DNA from: Bilabrum cf. latius
Taxonomy: Eukaryota
DNA: 64,000 bases
Assembly (NCBI GenBank): GCA_965178125.1
Contig: OZ237738.1
Location: 62,001 to 126,000 of the forward strand
Reading direction: 5' to 3'
Each line of letters begins with the position of its first letter. The first letter of the stretch is position 1. Positions 25,389 to 37,460 of this stretch are shown piece by piece. A program made the translations under genes and the position numbers. Below the pieces are notes generated by a model that saw only the letters and a list, made by a program, of their open reading frames with translations, had not been told where the DNA came from and did not search any database.

Positions 25389-28300
25389 ATGAAAAAGCGA
25401 CTACGACGAGAATTAAGTTTCAAATCACTGGTTCCCTCCGGATCTGCGGTGGTCAGAGTGCTATCACTCGATGTTCTTGCTGCACTCCGAGCCGTTCCAG
25501 GCCAGTTTCCATAGAGCAAGAAATCTTCATTGGTATGGGCTAATCGTCGAAGGCTTATCCGTGAAGATCTAAAGCGTTGCGGTGCAGACATATTCTTGCT
25601 GCAGGATGTGGATAGGTTTGAGGAGTTCTGGCAGAAAATCCTTTTTGATCTAGGCTACGACTGTTACGTCGGACAGCGGCGGGACTCCAGCGGCATCGGA
25701 GCAGCTATATGCTGGAGGCGAAGCTCTTTTCGCCCTGTGCGAACTGACACAATCCATTTGAGTGAATGCGCTCCGTCAGTCACCGCCGGAAGCGATCGGA
25801 TCAGGCTTGAACGGCTCTCGGACTTGGCAGTGGTTGCCTCTCTGATGCCGAGGCGATACTTGGGGGAACGACCAAAGACGCACAATACCGGCCGTGTCAC
25901 ATCCCCTACTCGATCGCGCCGCGCCCCGAGCCCATCCCGGCGCCCCACACCCCCTCCTCGCCGAGCTGGAAGCAGGAGTGGCAGCAGGAGCGGCACGGCC
26001 TCTCCCACGCGGGCGACCTCCCCTCTGTCGAGGACTGCTGACATCGGCAGCGGCATCAGTGGCGGGCTACCCGGGTCCAGGCCGCGTAGCACAGACAGCA
26101 GCAGCACCAGCAGCACCAGCGGTGGTGCGCCAGGCCCTGGCCAGCAGTTCCCCGTGCTGCCCTGGGGGGGCGAGGACGGGCGCGCCACCACGCCTGTGGA
26201 CCCCGAACTGGGGCACACGGGCCCACTGGGGGAAGGTGGTGGGGACGATGGTGATGGTGCCGGGATTACTCCCGGGTACATCAGCTTAAACGAGGGCTAC
26301 TATCCTCCCAGACTGCGCCCGCTGGGCAGCGCCATCCACCTAGTCTCGGGCACTCTGCTGCACGCGGAGCCAGACGGGCAGAACAGGGCGCTGCGGAGGC
26401 TCCGGTGCCTGCAGGCCAAGTACCTGTGCCACAAGGTGGGCGAGTTCAGGTCCTAGTTCGGGGCGAGTCCCCTGTTCATGGGCCTCTCGGCAGGGACGGT
26501 GCCCGGGTCCGAGACCCACTGTGCTCTGAGGCTCGGGCGCATCCCTCGGGGACCGCTGCCTCCCATCCCCCCCGTGCGGCCCGCGTGCAGGCCGCTCTCA
26601 TGCTCCTCTTGCCTGGTAGCATGGCCCGCGCACTCGCACGAGGCGCAGGGCGACAGGCCGGTGCACGCCTACCGAGTGCTGGGCCGCATGGTAGCCGAGG
26701 CACCAGGGGACGAGGACGGGGAAAGGGGGGGTTAGCAGCAGGACAATACGGTCAGCGGTGCCCTCTCCTCGAAACATGTGTCGTCCTCTCCGTCGAAGGG
26801 GGGCGGGGTGTGGGCTCAGCGACTGGAGGTGGGTGCAGCTGACGCGGCGCTCACCGGTCGATTACGAGTGCAGCCAGTCCCCGTGGCAGCTGCATCGGAC
26901 TGGAGGGAGGGTCCCCAACTGCTGGCAGCCATTGCCACTGGGCTGCCCTCGGGGTCCTCGTGGCAGTTTCGGGTGCAGGCTGTCAGCGAGATAGGGTCAT
27001 CCACGCTCTCATCACCCAGCGCGGCCGTTGTGCTGCCCAAGGATCTGCAGCAAGCAGCTGTGGTAGGGGGTGAATCGCTGAGGGCAGGCCTCACAACCGA
27101 GACAGGGAGGGGAGTTTTTCAGGATGCGAAAGCCAGTGGTGGCGCTGTTGCCAGTGGAATTGAGGCCGCTGCAGTTGCAGGGAGGGTGGAAGACGGCGCC
27201 GACGCTGACGTGCTGGCGGCATCGGTTCGCACCGGCGACGATGCGATGATGGCGGGTGCATCAACCAAGTCCGCGGCCAAGCCGACTATTTCCGCCACCG
27301 GGCACGAGCACGAGCACGGGCATGGCAAGCAAGAGGCCTTTGAGTGGGCGGTGCGCGCCTCTGGGCAGCGCGCTGCCGACGCCAGCAGTGCCTCCCAGCT
27401 CGTGGCGCGGAAGGGCGGGGTAGCAGCGGAGCGGCGGGTGCAGGTGATGCCCCCGCCCGAGTGGGTGCTGCCCCTCCCCCTCGGTAAAGGGGCACTGGGT
27501 GCCTCGCAGGACCTGGCTGCACAACAGGGCATGCCCCCCACGCTGGCGGGTTCTAGAGGAACTGCTGCCTTTGCGCTGACTCGGCCGGGGGAGCCTCTGC
27601 AGGACACAATTCAGGAGGATGCTGCGGGTGGTGACGACTAGAGCAGCTACCGGGAGGACGGCTCGCTAGTGCCTAGCGGGTCGCTGACAGGGGCCAGGCC
27701 CATGGCCGGGGCCCAGCGGTGGCACGAGCGCGCGCTGCTGGGCCGCGGGAGGGACGAGGCCATTGGTCAGCCTGCCAGCGTGAAGCGAGGAGCAGAGGAG
27801 GCGAAGGCCACCGTGTTGAGTGCATCGCATGGTGGTGCAGGTTCCTCACAGGGTCCATTGAGTGGCCCCACCGAGAACGAGCCGAGGACAGCAGCAGCCC
27901 CTCCCCGGCCCCAGGAAGGCGCCCCAGTCGCGGGAGAAGGCACGGAGGTAGGCAGCGCAGAGGCCGCGCTTGCACTTGCGCGCGGTTTGCACGTGCACGA
28001 GCTGGGGCTGCGGTCTGCGTACGAGGACCCCGATGGCAAGGGCGAAGGCGCGCCTGCCTCGGGGGAGGTAGGCGCTGGGAGCGGCCTGGTCCCTGTGCCA
28101 TCGCTGATCCCGCCCTCGTTGCCTGGGCACTGGACCATGTGGGCCCCTGCGGACACGCTGGGGAGAGACTCGGCGGATACTCTGCAGCTGCCTTTGGGTG
28201 CCAACGGGTATCGCCCCGAGGACGAGCATAGGGAGGTGCGGCGTGGCGTGCCGGGCTCGCAGGATGACGCCTTCGAGGTAGACTACCTCATGTATTCGGC

Positions 28301-28667
28301 CGCCAGCGCCGTGCCCGTGTCTGTGCTGATGGCCCCGGATAGGACATCAACGATCTCGGCATCCTCCCGGCCAGCGAGTCCGGAGAAGCACACCGCAGCC
28401 GCAGCTGTTGTTTCAGGACAAGAAGAGGAGGAGGCGTCCGAACTAGATCTTGCCCTTAGTGGTCTCTTTGGTGGAGTTGCTGCTGGCGTGCTGGGCATCG
28501 GGGGAGGAGAGGGGCTGACGCAAGAGGAAGAATTCAAGCGAGCGGTCACTCCCGCCCAACGGCGGCGGGAGGGGCTGCCGGACGCGGACTTCCCGAGCCA
28601 CCACGTGTCTCTGTGCGCTGATTTCGCCATTTTGCCAGGCGCGTCATCCACGTCTGCCATCAAATAA
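25389..28667 (+). CDS. CCR4/Angel-like EEP-fold protein with inserted FN3 domain and low-complexity insertions, probably catalytically degenerate, ~1,092 aa
   Basis: VRVLSLDVLA, LVWANRRRLI..GADIFLLQDVD, VDYLMYS, LPDADFPSHHVSLCADF. FN3 motif TGLPSGSSWQFRVQAVSEIGSS. TAGs 25512, 26454, 26733, 27639. TAA stop. Confidence 0.75.
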
Positions 28668-28774
28668 TTAAAGTTGTGACCATTTCTGTACATACTATCC
28701 AAGCTGCATCTGCTCTTTTCAAAACCTGATCGAATCCAGCCAGCGCCACTTTACCTGACACTCCGCGATTGATG

Positions 28775-31700
28775 TCACGACCGGTCCATCCCACACCAAA
28801 CCTGCAGACCAGCCCGCGCGTCAAGCAGCTCGGCCTCCCACAGGGTCGCTGGGTCCATGCGGCGCACGACGTCTGCCGTGGTGGACGCTACCTCTGCCCT
28901 CTCCTATATCCTCGCCGAGTTCTCCGTGGTCAGCGAAGCCAGTGGCAGCCGTAGCAGCGGCTCGTATCTCCGCCTCAGGCCCGCTGCGTCGAGCTGCTGG
29001 CCCCCCTCCGCCTCATCCCTCTCTCGCCCGATCCCCGCCTCGTGCATGCGCTGCACCACCTGGTCCATGGGCACGCCGGTCAGCTGCAGCTTGCCCCCAC
29101 TCACCGCTCCCACAAAGGCAGCCTCCTCCCTCGAGCGGGCAGCCTCAGCGTCCAGCGCACGCCCCGCAACGTTCAGCCGCTCCCTGTACAGCCGCATGCG
29201 GGTCTCCGCGTGCGCGTCCAGGATGTCGTCGGGGCGGTGGAACTGCCTGATCATGCCGTCCTCGCCGATGAGGTGCATGTTAGACACTGCCGCGCGGCCC
29301 GATAACCTCAGCTTCTTGTCCAGCGCGGCCTCGCTCAGGGGTACCCCGTCCGCGAACTGCACGAGGAAGCGAACCTTTGTCTCGGTGTGGTGCTCCTGCA
29401 CGTCCTCCACCTCTCCCGCGGACGTGAGACGGTGCAAGGTCTTTTTGAAATCGTCCGTCCACCGCTTCAGGGGCAGCTCCACGACCTCGACCCACTGCGA
29501 GTCACCCTCCACAGCGGCTCCTCGCTTCAGCAGCCCCTGAGCCTTTGCCTCCGCCCCGCTCAGCACCCGCGCCCTGCCCTTGCTCAGCAGTGCGCTCGCC
29601 CCACGGTCCCCGTAGTCCACTCGCAGGTCGCCCCCGAACCCCCTGTACCACGGGTCGAGGCCCCACTGGTGACCATTCGATCCCTTCGCGCCCTCGCGCC
29701 GGATCCGATCCAAGGTGGCGTCCACCACGGCCACGGGATGAAACTGCGGCACCTGCGTGCTCCAGCCCGTCCCGATGCCCTCGGCCCCGTTCATCAGCCC
29801 GATGGGAGCCACTGGACAGAAGAAGCGCGGCTCCACCAGCTCGCCATCGTCCGTCACCCGGTCCAGAAGGGCATCGTCAGCGCGCGGCAGCAGCAGTCGG
29901 GCCAGTGGCGACAGCCGCGTGTACACGTATCTCGGGCTGGCAGCGTCCTTGCCTCCTTGCAGTCGGGTCCCAAACTGCCCCAGCGGCAGCAGCAGCGGCA
30001 CGTTATTCGATCCCACGAAGCTTTGCGCCATCCCGATGATGGCCCCGTTGAGGCTGGCCTCGCCGTGGTGGTAGGCGGACTGCTCCCCCACGAAACCGGC
30101 CAGCTGCGAAACCTTGAGCTCTTCCTGCTCGGCCTGCTCGGCCACTTCCTTACCCCGCGCTCCCCGCGTCAGGCCTGAGATCGCGGCTGCCAGCTGAGAG
30201 GCATCCGCGTCTGCGATGCCCCTTGCGTCCACTAGCAGCCCCTGGTCCGGATCCTCCATCAAGCGCAGATCCGTGGCGCCAGGGAGGCCGTTCGTGCCCG
30301 GTTGCTGCCTGCCCATCCAAGGGGCCAGTCGCTTCTTGAGGTCGCCCGCAGCTCCTGTCCCGGCTGCGTCGCTGCCCCTGCCCTCCTTCCCTGCGAAGCT
30401 GCCCTGCCGCTTGAAGCACGCGAACAGCACTTTTCTCTGAGAGGGCTTGAGCCCATCCACTGCAGAGGGAATGGACCGCCGCACGTCTGCCAGGGAGAAG
30501 TGCACCAATTCGTCGTCCACGAAGCGCGAGTACGTCGCCTGGGCCTCCCCCACGCCCACATCCCCGGTCCCCACCCCCGCCTCCTCCTCGTCCACACCCC
30601 ACGCACCCTCGTTCGACAGGAGCCATGCCTTGCGGTCCCCCGCCCTTTCCTTGTCAAATGCAAGGGCCAGCCTGTCATCGTCCTACTCCCCCTGCCAGCT
30701 CATGTCGATCCGGTGCTTGTCCAGGTCCCTAAAGTACGTGCGGCCTTCCTCCGCGGTGGACGTACCCAGGCCCTTGTAGTACTTGACTCGCCAGTCCCCC
30801 GCGGCGGGGCCCTGTTCCCTGAGCCAGGCCCGGAAGCTGTGCACCGAGAAGAACTCCACCTCTCGCCGGGGTCCCTTGTTGCTGCGGGCCTTCACCACGG
30901 GCGTGATGAACAGCTGCAGGAAGTTGTCCTTGGGTGCCTGTCTCCGCACCAGCCCGGGGAAGAGCGAGTGGAACACGTTCATGACGAGGCCCTTAATGTG
31001 GGAACCGTCAGTGTCCTGGTCCGCCATGATCATCAACCGGCCGTACCGCAGACTCCCCAGCGCCGCCTTGGTCCGTGCTGCCCCTGGAAGGTACGAGCAG
31101 GAGGGGTCGATGCCCAGGATCTTGACCAGGTTCGCAATCTCCTCGTTCTGGAGGGCCTGCTTGAGCTTCATCCCGCGCACGTTCAGCAGCTTGCCTCGGA
31201 GCGGAAACACGCCGTACTGGTCCCGCCCTACCGCCGCAAGGCCAGCCACAGCCAGCGCTTTGGCCGAGTCACCTTCGGTCACGATGAGCGTGCACTGATT
31301 GGACCGCTTGGTGCCCGCCCAGTTGGCGTCCTCCAGCTTAGGCACGTCCATCGACTTGAATCGCTTGGCCTCCTGCCGCAGCTTGCGCGCGTCCCTCGCC
31401 GCCGCCGCCTCCTCCCTCGAATATGCCTCCTCTCGCAGCACGTCCATGAGCCCTGCCTCCAGGACCTGTTTGGCCACCCGCTCCGGGGGCGCCCTCCCGC
31501 TCACGTACATGTCCCCGCCCACGAGGTGGTCCTTGGACTGAGAGTCGAACTGGGGATTCTTCACCTGAGCGCTCACCACCACCTGCAGGAAGGACTTCAC
31601 CAGCGACGGAGACACGGCCCCCGCGCCCTCCTTGCCCAGCTCCTTGCTCGCAATCGCGGCGCACTGCTTGGCCAGAGGCTCGAGCAGCCCAGAGACGTGG

Positions 31701-33001
31701 AGCCCTCCCCCATCGGTGCGCATCCCGTTCACGAACGACACCTTCAGGGGTCCATCTCTGCTCTGCAGACCGTGGATCCCCACAGATGATGCTAGTGCCT
31801 GCCTCTCTTCCTTTGACAGTACGCGCACCACGGCCGTGTATCGCTTGGAAGGGCTCCACCGCACCAGCCCCCTCCCCCTCCCACTCGCGCTGAGCGGCCT
31901 GCCCTGCCCGTCCGCCCCTCGCAACGCCTCCGCATATGCATCCACGGACCCCAGGCTGAGCTCCTTGCCGTTGAAGCGCACCCTGAGTCCTGAGACAGCG
32001 GCAGCATCCAATGCTCTCCTCCTCATCACCTGCAGAGATCCTTCGAGAGCGGCCCGCGCCTCCTCCTTGGCCATAGCCTTGCCATTGCTGCTGCTGCCAG
32101 CCGAGTGCGCGCCAAGCTCGAATCGAGACAGCTCCGGCTCGAACTCGATGCGAGTATATCCACCTCGCACGTCCAGTCCCGTGCCTTTCGCTTCCCCGCT
32201 GAGTTCGGAAGCAGCGGGCTCGTCCACCTCGGGGGCACCGGCATCGCGCATGTTGCGCTCCCAAGTCTGCCTGAACCGGCGGCCCGACTTAGAGTCAAAT
32301 GTCTCCACGGCGAATTTGCTGGAGAGAATGTTTGACAGCTTGGCTCCCAGGCCGTGCTGTCCTCCCGTGGACAGCTCGTCCTCTGCAGCAGCGTCGCTCT
32401 TGGCGCCAGCTCCTGCCTTGAAGAAATTTGAACCGGTCATCAAATGGCCAAACACGAGCTCTGGCACCCACATTTTCTCCTTCCTGTGGCGGACCACTGG
32501 CAACCCCTGACCATTATTCAGAATACTAATTCGGATTCTGGGAGAGGCGCCGCCACTGAGTTCCACCGCAATGTCGAGGCCTGTCGTACCCTTGGCATCT
32601 CTGGTGCGGTTGTCAAGCGCGTTTACCAAGATCTCATCGAAAAGCTTTACCAGGGCTGGCACGTACTTGGTTGGTTTGAATATTAGTAGCTCGGAACCCT
32701 TCTTCTTCCCGGCTTGCGCAGTCCAAATCGGCGCGTTGTGCGATCCAATCGAACCAACGTACATGCCGGGCCGAAGGAGAACGTGCTCGATGGGACTTAG
32801 GCGCTAATACGTTGAATGCACGTCATCATTGCGCACCATCGAGCTGCCAGATACGCTGCGGTGACCGACGGCCGGTGCACCGATGCCGCAATCCTGCTTG
32901 CATTTTTTGGCGGAAGAAGCATGGATCCTGCCGCATAGCGGGCGCCGATTCCGCAGCTGGCGCAGGCCGACTCGCATTAATCGACCAAGGGATCGTCGCA
33001 T
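28775..33001 (-). CDS. TOP2: DNA topoisomerase II (type IIA), probably mitochondrion-targeted, ~1,408 aa
   Basis: Y*RLSPIEHVLLRPGMYVGS, LFDEILVNALDN, TEGDSAKALA, PLRGKLLNV, DQDTDGSHIKGL, YYKGLGTS, DGLKPSQRK, AASPRYVYT (catalytic Tyr). TAGs 32804, 30683, 28904. TGA at 28775. Arg-rich N-terminus. Confidence 0.95.
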
Positions 33002-33196
33002 TCCAAGAAGTGTAAGCTAGAGCTGAATCACTGCAGTCACGGTTAGTTCGAATTTCCGCAGGGGCTCCGGATCACGAAACGGAACAGTGTGGTGGTGGTG
33101 GCATGCTTGGATGAAGCATGCAGTCTTTATGAGCAAACGCTTGCCAGCTATTTTCGTTCCAATTTGATCTGTATCGTTGTCTCGCCGGCAGCATTT

Positions 33197-34330
33197 TCAG
33201 TAGAAGACGGTCCGTGTCCTGTGGTGCGGCGGCAGCTTGTCCTTGTTTGCTTCCCCATGGGTCCACAGCCACCAGTCGATCTGCACCGATGCAAGCGGGT
33301 GCCCTGCCTCGGCGAGGCTATCCTTGAGCCGCTCTACGCACTGTATGGAAGCCGCCCTCAGCTCCACCTCCTGCTCGCTCCCAGAAGGCACCTCCTCGCC
33401 CCCGTCCACCTGCCTCCCGAGCTCCTCGGACAGCAGCAGCAGACCCAGCTCGCGCAGAGGCTGGGGCACCCTGTAGTCTGCAAACATCGTCAGTTGATCC
33501 GCATCCCAAAATGCGCAAGGGTGGGGGGTCTCCTCCGACCCCGACTCGCCGCTGGCTGTGGCTGGGCCACCGTCGGCCTTGGAAGCTGACCCAGCGCCGC
33601 CTGATGCAGCAGCAGCAGCAGCAGCAGCAGCATCTGCACTGCCAGCAGCCGCAACGGAACTCGATTCAGCTGCTTTGCTGTCAATCGCGGGCTTCTTGCG
33701 TGTTTGGCATCCGAACGCAAGCCATAGGTCGGCGGCCAAGATCTGTGCTCGCTTGTAGATGCCGATCTGCCTGCCTGCGTACACAGTCTCGTCCCGAAAT
33801 CCTGGAAACATTGCAGTCACCCTGCGGACTAACTCAGCCGCGCTACCCCTACAATCAATGACTAAATCCATGGCGCTAGAGTATCCAGATCGCTGCAGTG
33901 AGCTACCTACCTGCCTCAGGAGCCTCGCACGCTCAGCAAGCTCTGGGACGTCAACATCTGGGGGAAACCAGGAATCTAGCTCGTCTTCTGTCAACTTTGC
34001 GAGCCCGGCTGGTGACAAGGCAGATGGCTTCTCCGTAGCTATTCTTCGGACCGCCCGCGCCAGGATGTCATACTCAAGCCCAGTCTTTGAGGGCCAAAAG
34101 CAGAAGTTGATCGCATCAACCGTGAAAACGTAATTGTATGTGGTAGCTGTTCCATCAAAGAAGTGAAAGTCTCCATCTAGCCACGATGGAATGGATTTGG
34201 TTGCACCAGAATCAACTAACATGGAAGCAGCCTTCTTGAATGCTTCGCTCTTCCCAATTTGAACGTGCTTAGCATGTTCAGTCACCCATTTTGTAGATTT
34301 TCTGATAAAATCCAGCGGTGAGTCGCCCAT
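33197..34330 (-). CDS. QNG1: Queuosine 5'-phosphate N-glycosylase / Q salvage protein (DUF2419, C9orf64)
   Basis: DAINFCFW, FPGFRDE, YKRAQILAADLW, LTMFADYRVPQ, EVELRAASI, PHHRTRTVFY. No TAG. TGA stop. Confidence 0.92.
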   Translation of the reverse strand: MGDSPLDFIRKSTKWVTEHAKHVQIGKSEAFKKAASMLVDSGATKSIPSWLDGDFHFFDGTATTYNYVFTVDAINFCFWPSKTGLEYDILARAVRRIATEKPSALSPAGLAKLTEDELDSWFPPDVDVPELAERARLLRQVGSSLQRSGYSSAMDLVIDCRGSAAELVRRVTAMFPGFRDETVYAGRQIGIYKRAQILAADLWLAFGCQTRKKPAIDSKAAESSSVAAAGSADAAAAAAAAASGGAGSASKADGGPATASGESGSEETPHPCAFWDADQLTMFADYRVPQPLRELGLLLLSEELGRQVDGGEEVPSGSEQEVELRAASIQCVERLKDSLAEAGHPLASVQIDWWLWTHGEANKDKLPPHHRTRTVFY

Positions 34331-34584
34331 GTTTGCACAATAATTAAATTATCTTTCTGTGTATTTCAACTCCGAATTGCATTGTAACGAGTTGTTATCA
34401 ATATAATTCTGCATTGAATTCTCGAAGTCGAGGAAAATACAGCAATTCTGCACCACGCTGCCCCTTGTTTGGGCATCCAGTAGCTGCACAGTTAAACGTA
34501 TCATTTCCAAGGCTCTTCAGGGATCACAATCATCCCTGAGCCGAGTGTAATTGTCGAGACTATCGTTTCGGTTGCCCCCGTATT

Positions 34585-37243
34585 ATGGCGGCCAGCGGGA
34601 GCGGCAAGCCTCAGCCTCGCCCAAATGCCTACTTCGAGACCAAACGCGGCGAAGTACATGAGCTGCGCAAGGTGAGTTTGCTTGTTCGTATGCGCGGCCA
34701 TGCTCGTGCGCACTTGCACTGTGCTGATCCTGCCAGCTCACCCCACGCGTACGCCCACGCCACCGCAGCTCATGGACAAGGTGAATGCCGGCCGGGAATT
34801 GAAACCGAAACGTGACGTCATCAAGAAAGTTGTGGCGTACATGACGCTCGGTGTGGACGTAGCGCCTCTCTTTTCCGCCATGGTGGTTGCCTCCAACACG
34901 AAGGATCTCGTCATCAAGAAGATGATCTACTTGTACTTGACGACGTACGCCCGGACAAACCCGGATCTCACATTGCTTACTATTAATACTCTGTAGAAGG
35001 ACTGCCGCGACGAAGATCCCGTTGTGCGTGGGCTCGCGCTGCGATCCTTGTGCTCGCTGGGGCTGCCCTCCATTATCGAATACGTGATTGCGCCCCTGCA
35101 GACCGCCATCGAGGACGAGTCGCCATATGTGAGAAAAACCGGCGCACTTGGCGTGCTGAAAGTGCACCACCTTGCCGCCAGCGCGGTGGAGGACGCCGGG
35201 CTGGTGGACAGCCTGCAGGGCATGCTCAGGGACCGGGACCCGGGCGTGGCCATGAACTGCCTGCTGGCCCTCAACGAGATCATGGCACCCAAAGGGGGCC
35301 TGCCGCCCGAGGGCCCCACCATCCGACTGATGCTCAACCGCATCAAGGAGTTCAACGACTGGGGCCAGGTGGCAGTGCTGGACCTCGTGGCTAGGTACTC
35401 GCCTGCCAGCCAGGAGGAAACCTTCCAGATCATGAACCTGCTCGACCTGTGCCTGCGGGTGGCCAACAGCGCCGTGGTGCTGGGGGCGGCCAAGTGCTTC
35501 CTGGCACTCACCAGGGGCAATCCCGCCCTGAGGAGGCAGGTGTACCTGCGGCTGAGGGTGCCGCTTCTGACCATGCTCAACGCGATGGGCAAGGAGACGG
35601 GGTATGTGGTCATCTCGCACATCCGCATGATTGTGGAGCGCGCGCCCGGCATCTTGAACGAGGAGTTTAAGCACTTTTTCTGCCGACACGACGACCCCAC
35701 GTGCACCAAGCTCCTCAAGCTGGAGGTGCTGCCCCTCCTCGCGGACGAATCGAACGCGGCCGATATCGTCACTGAGCTCACCGAGTACGTCGACCCGCGG
35801 GAGAAGGACCTGTCCTGCGCAGCGGTCCGTGCCATCGGGGAGATCGCCGTGCGCCTGCCGGTGGGCGCGGAGGCCGTCGTGGAGAGCCTGGGCGGGCTGC
35901 TGGAGCTGGAGCAGGACTGGGTGCGCTCCCAGACCGTGGTGGTCATGAGAGACCTCCTGCGCAAGTACCCCTCCAAGGCCTCGGATGTCCTGCCTGCCGT
36001 GCAGCGCTGCCTGCACACGATCAGAGACCCCGTGGGCAGGGCGGCCATCGTCTGGATGTTCGGGGAGTACGGGCACCTGATCGACGATGCGCCCTACCTG
36101 CTCGAGAGCCTCATCGATGGGACAGGAGCGGGGGCCGAGGACGAGATGGGCGACTTGCTGGCGGGCGGGGGCAGCTCGGGGGCGGCCAGTGGGGCGGGCG
36201 AGTCCGAGAAGGCGGTCGGGGACGAGGGTGACGCTGTGGGGGACGAGGCTCGGCTGCAGCTGGAGCTGCTGACGGCCACCCTGAAGCTGTTCTTCAAGCG
36301 GCCCCCCGAGATGCAGAAGATGCTGGGTCGGCTGCTGCAGCGCAGCCTGCAGGAAGACGCTGTAGCCGAGGTGCGGGACAGGGCCCTCCTGTACTTCAGG
36401 CTGCTGCGGCAGGGCGTGCCAAAGGCAGAGGCGGTCGTGTTCGGCACAAAGGAGGCCAGGGAGGTGCTGGCCGGGGGCGAGTTCCTGCCCGAGGTGTCGG
36501 ACGAGGTGAGGGATCAGATCTTCGCAGAGTTCAACACGCTCTCCGCGGTGTACCGCAAGACCGCGGACGATTTCGTCCCAGAGGAGTACCGGTTCAAGAC
36601 ACCCCCGTCGGACAGCGCTGCGGAGGAGGCGGCCGCAGCCGAGGCAGCGGGCATCCCACCGGCCGGCACGGATACGGCCGAGGCAGCGGGCAATGGGGCG
36701 GCCGTAGGAGGAGCGGTGGAGGCGGACCCCTTTGGAGAGCCCAGCGCGGCCCCAGCACCCGCGCCAGCTCCAGGCCCAGCGCCTGCCCCTGCACCGGCGC
36801 CTGCCCCAGCCGACGATGACAGCGACGACGACTTGCTCGGGCTGCTTGGCGGGGCACCTGCACCCGCGCCAGCGCCTGCCGCGGCGGCCCCTGCGGCCTC
36901 GCTGGCCCCGTCACCTGCGGCCATGGACCAGGCCGGCTTCAAGGCGAGGTGGGGCTCCCTCCCAGCGGGCCCCGCCGTGTCCATCCGCATGCCAGGGGTG
37001 CCCGGGCTCGAGCCGCTGGTGCAGGCGCTGGCCGGCTCCGGGCTGGCCTGCGTGGCCAAGGGGGACCAGGGGCCGAGCATGAAGCTCTTCGTGTACGGGC
37101 AATTGCAGGGTAGCGGATAGTTTGTGGTGCTGCAGCTAGTAGTCGACAAGGCATCGCAAACAGCGAACGCCACGGTCAAGGCAGATGCCGGTTTCCCTCA
37201 CTAGATTGTGGACTTGGCGCTGAGACAGGTCCTGGGTGGCTGA
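34585..37243 (+). CDS. AP4B1: Adaptor complex beta subunit, most like AP-4 beta; 2 exons (34585-34671, 34769-37243)
   Basis: KRGEVHELR, KKVVAYMTLGVDV, INTL*KDCRDEDPVVRGLALRSLCSL, LFFKRPPEMQKMLGRL, Pro/Ala hinge and C-terminal appendage. Intron 34672-34768. TAGs 34994, 37118, 37202. TGA stop. Confidence 0.88.
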
Positions 37244-37460
37244 ATCCGCATGCTGTGTGGTCAGATCTCGATTTATTTCACATTTCGAATCATTCATCTT
37301 TAATATTGTACAGCCGAGGCCGCAGCGCTGCCAGCGCAGCGTGAACTAGTGCAGCACAGCATCGCGGACCGGAGCAACTGCTTACGGGCCACTCCAAGCG
37401 CTGCTGGAGCGTTGTGGGTGACTTTGCCTGCCATGGAGGATGATGGAGCCTAAGCTAATC

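Noticed and set aside
33030-33075. tRNA-like GTTCGAAT motif (searching for tRNA-Gln CUA)
   Set aside because: No cloverleaf stems. No tRNA gene was seen anywhere in the window.
33197-34330. Link between queuosine salvage and the recoding
   Set aside because: Queuosine modifies GUN-anticodon tRNAs, and QNG1 is widespread in standard-code eukaryotes. Proximity is not evidence.
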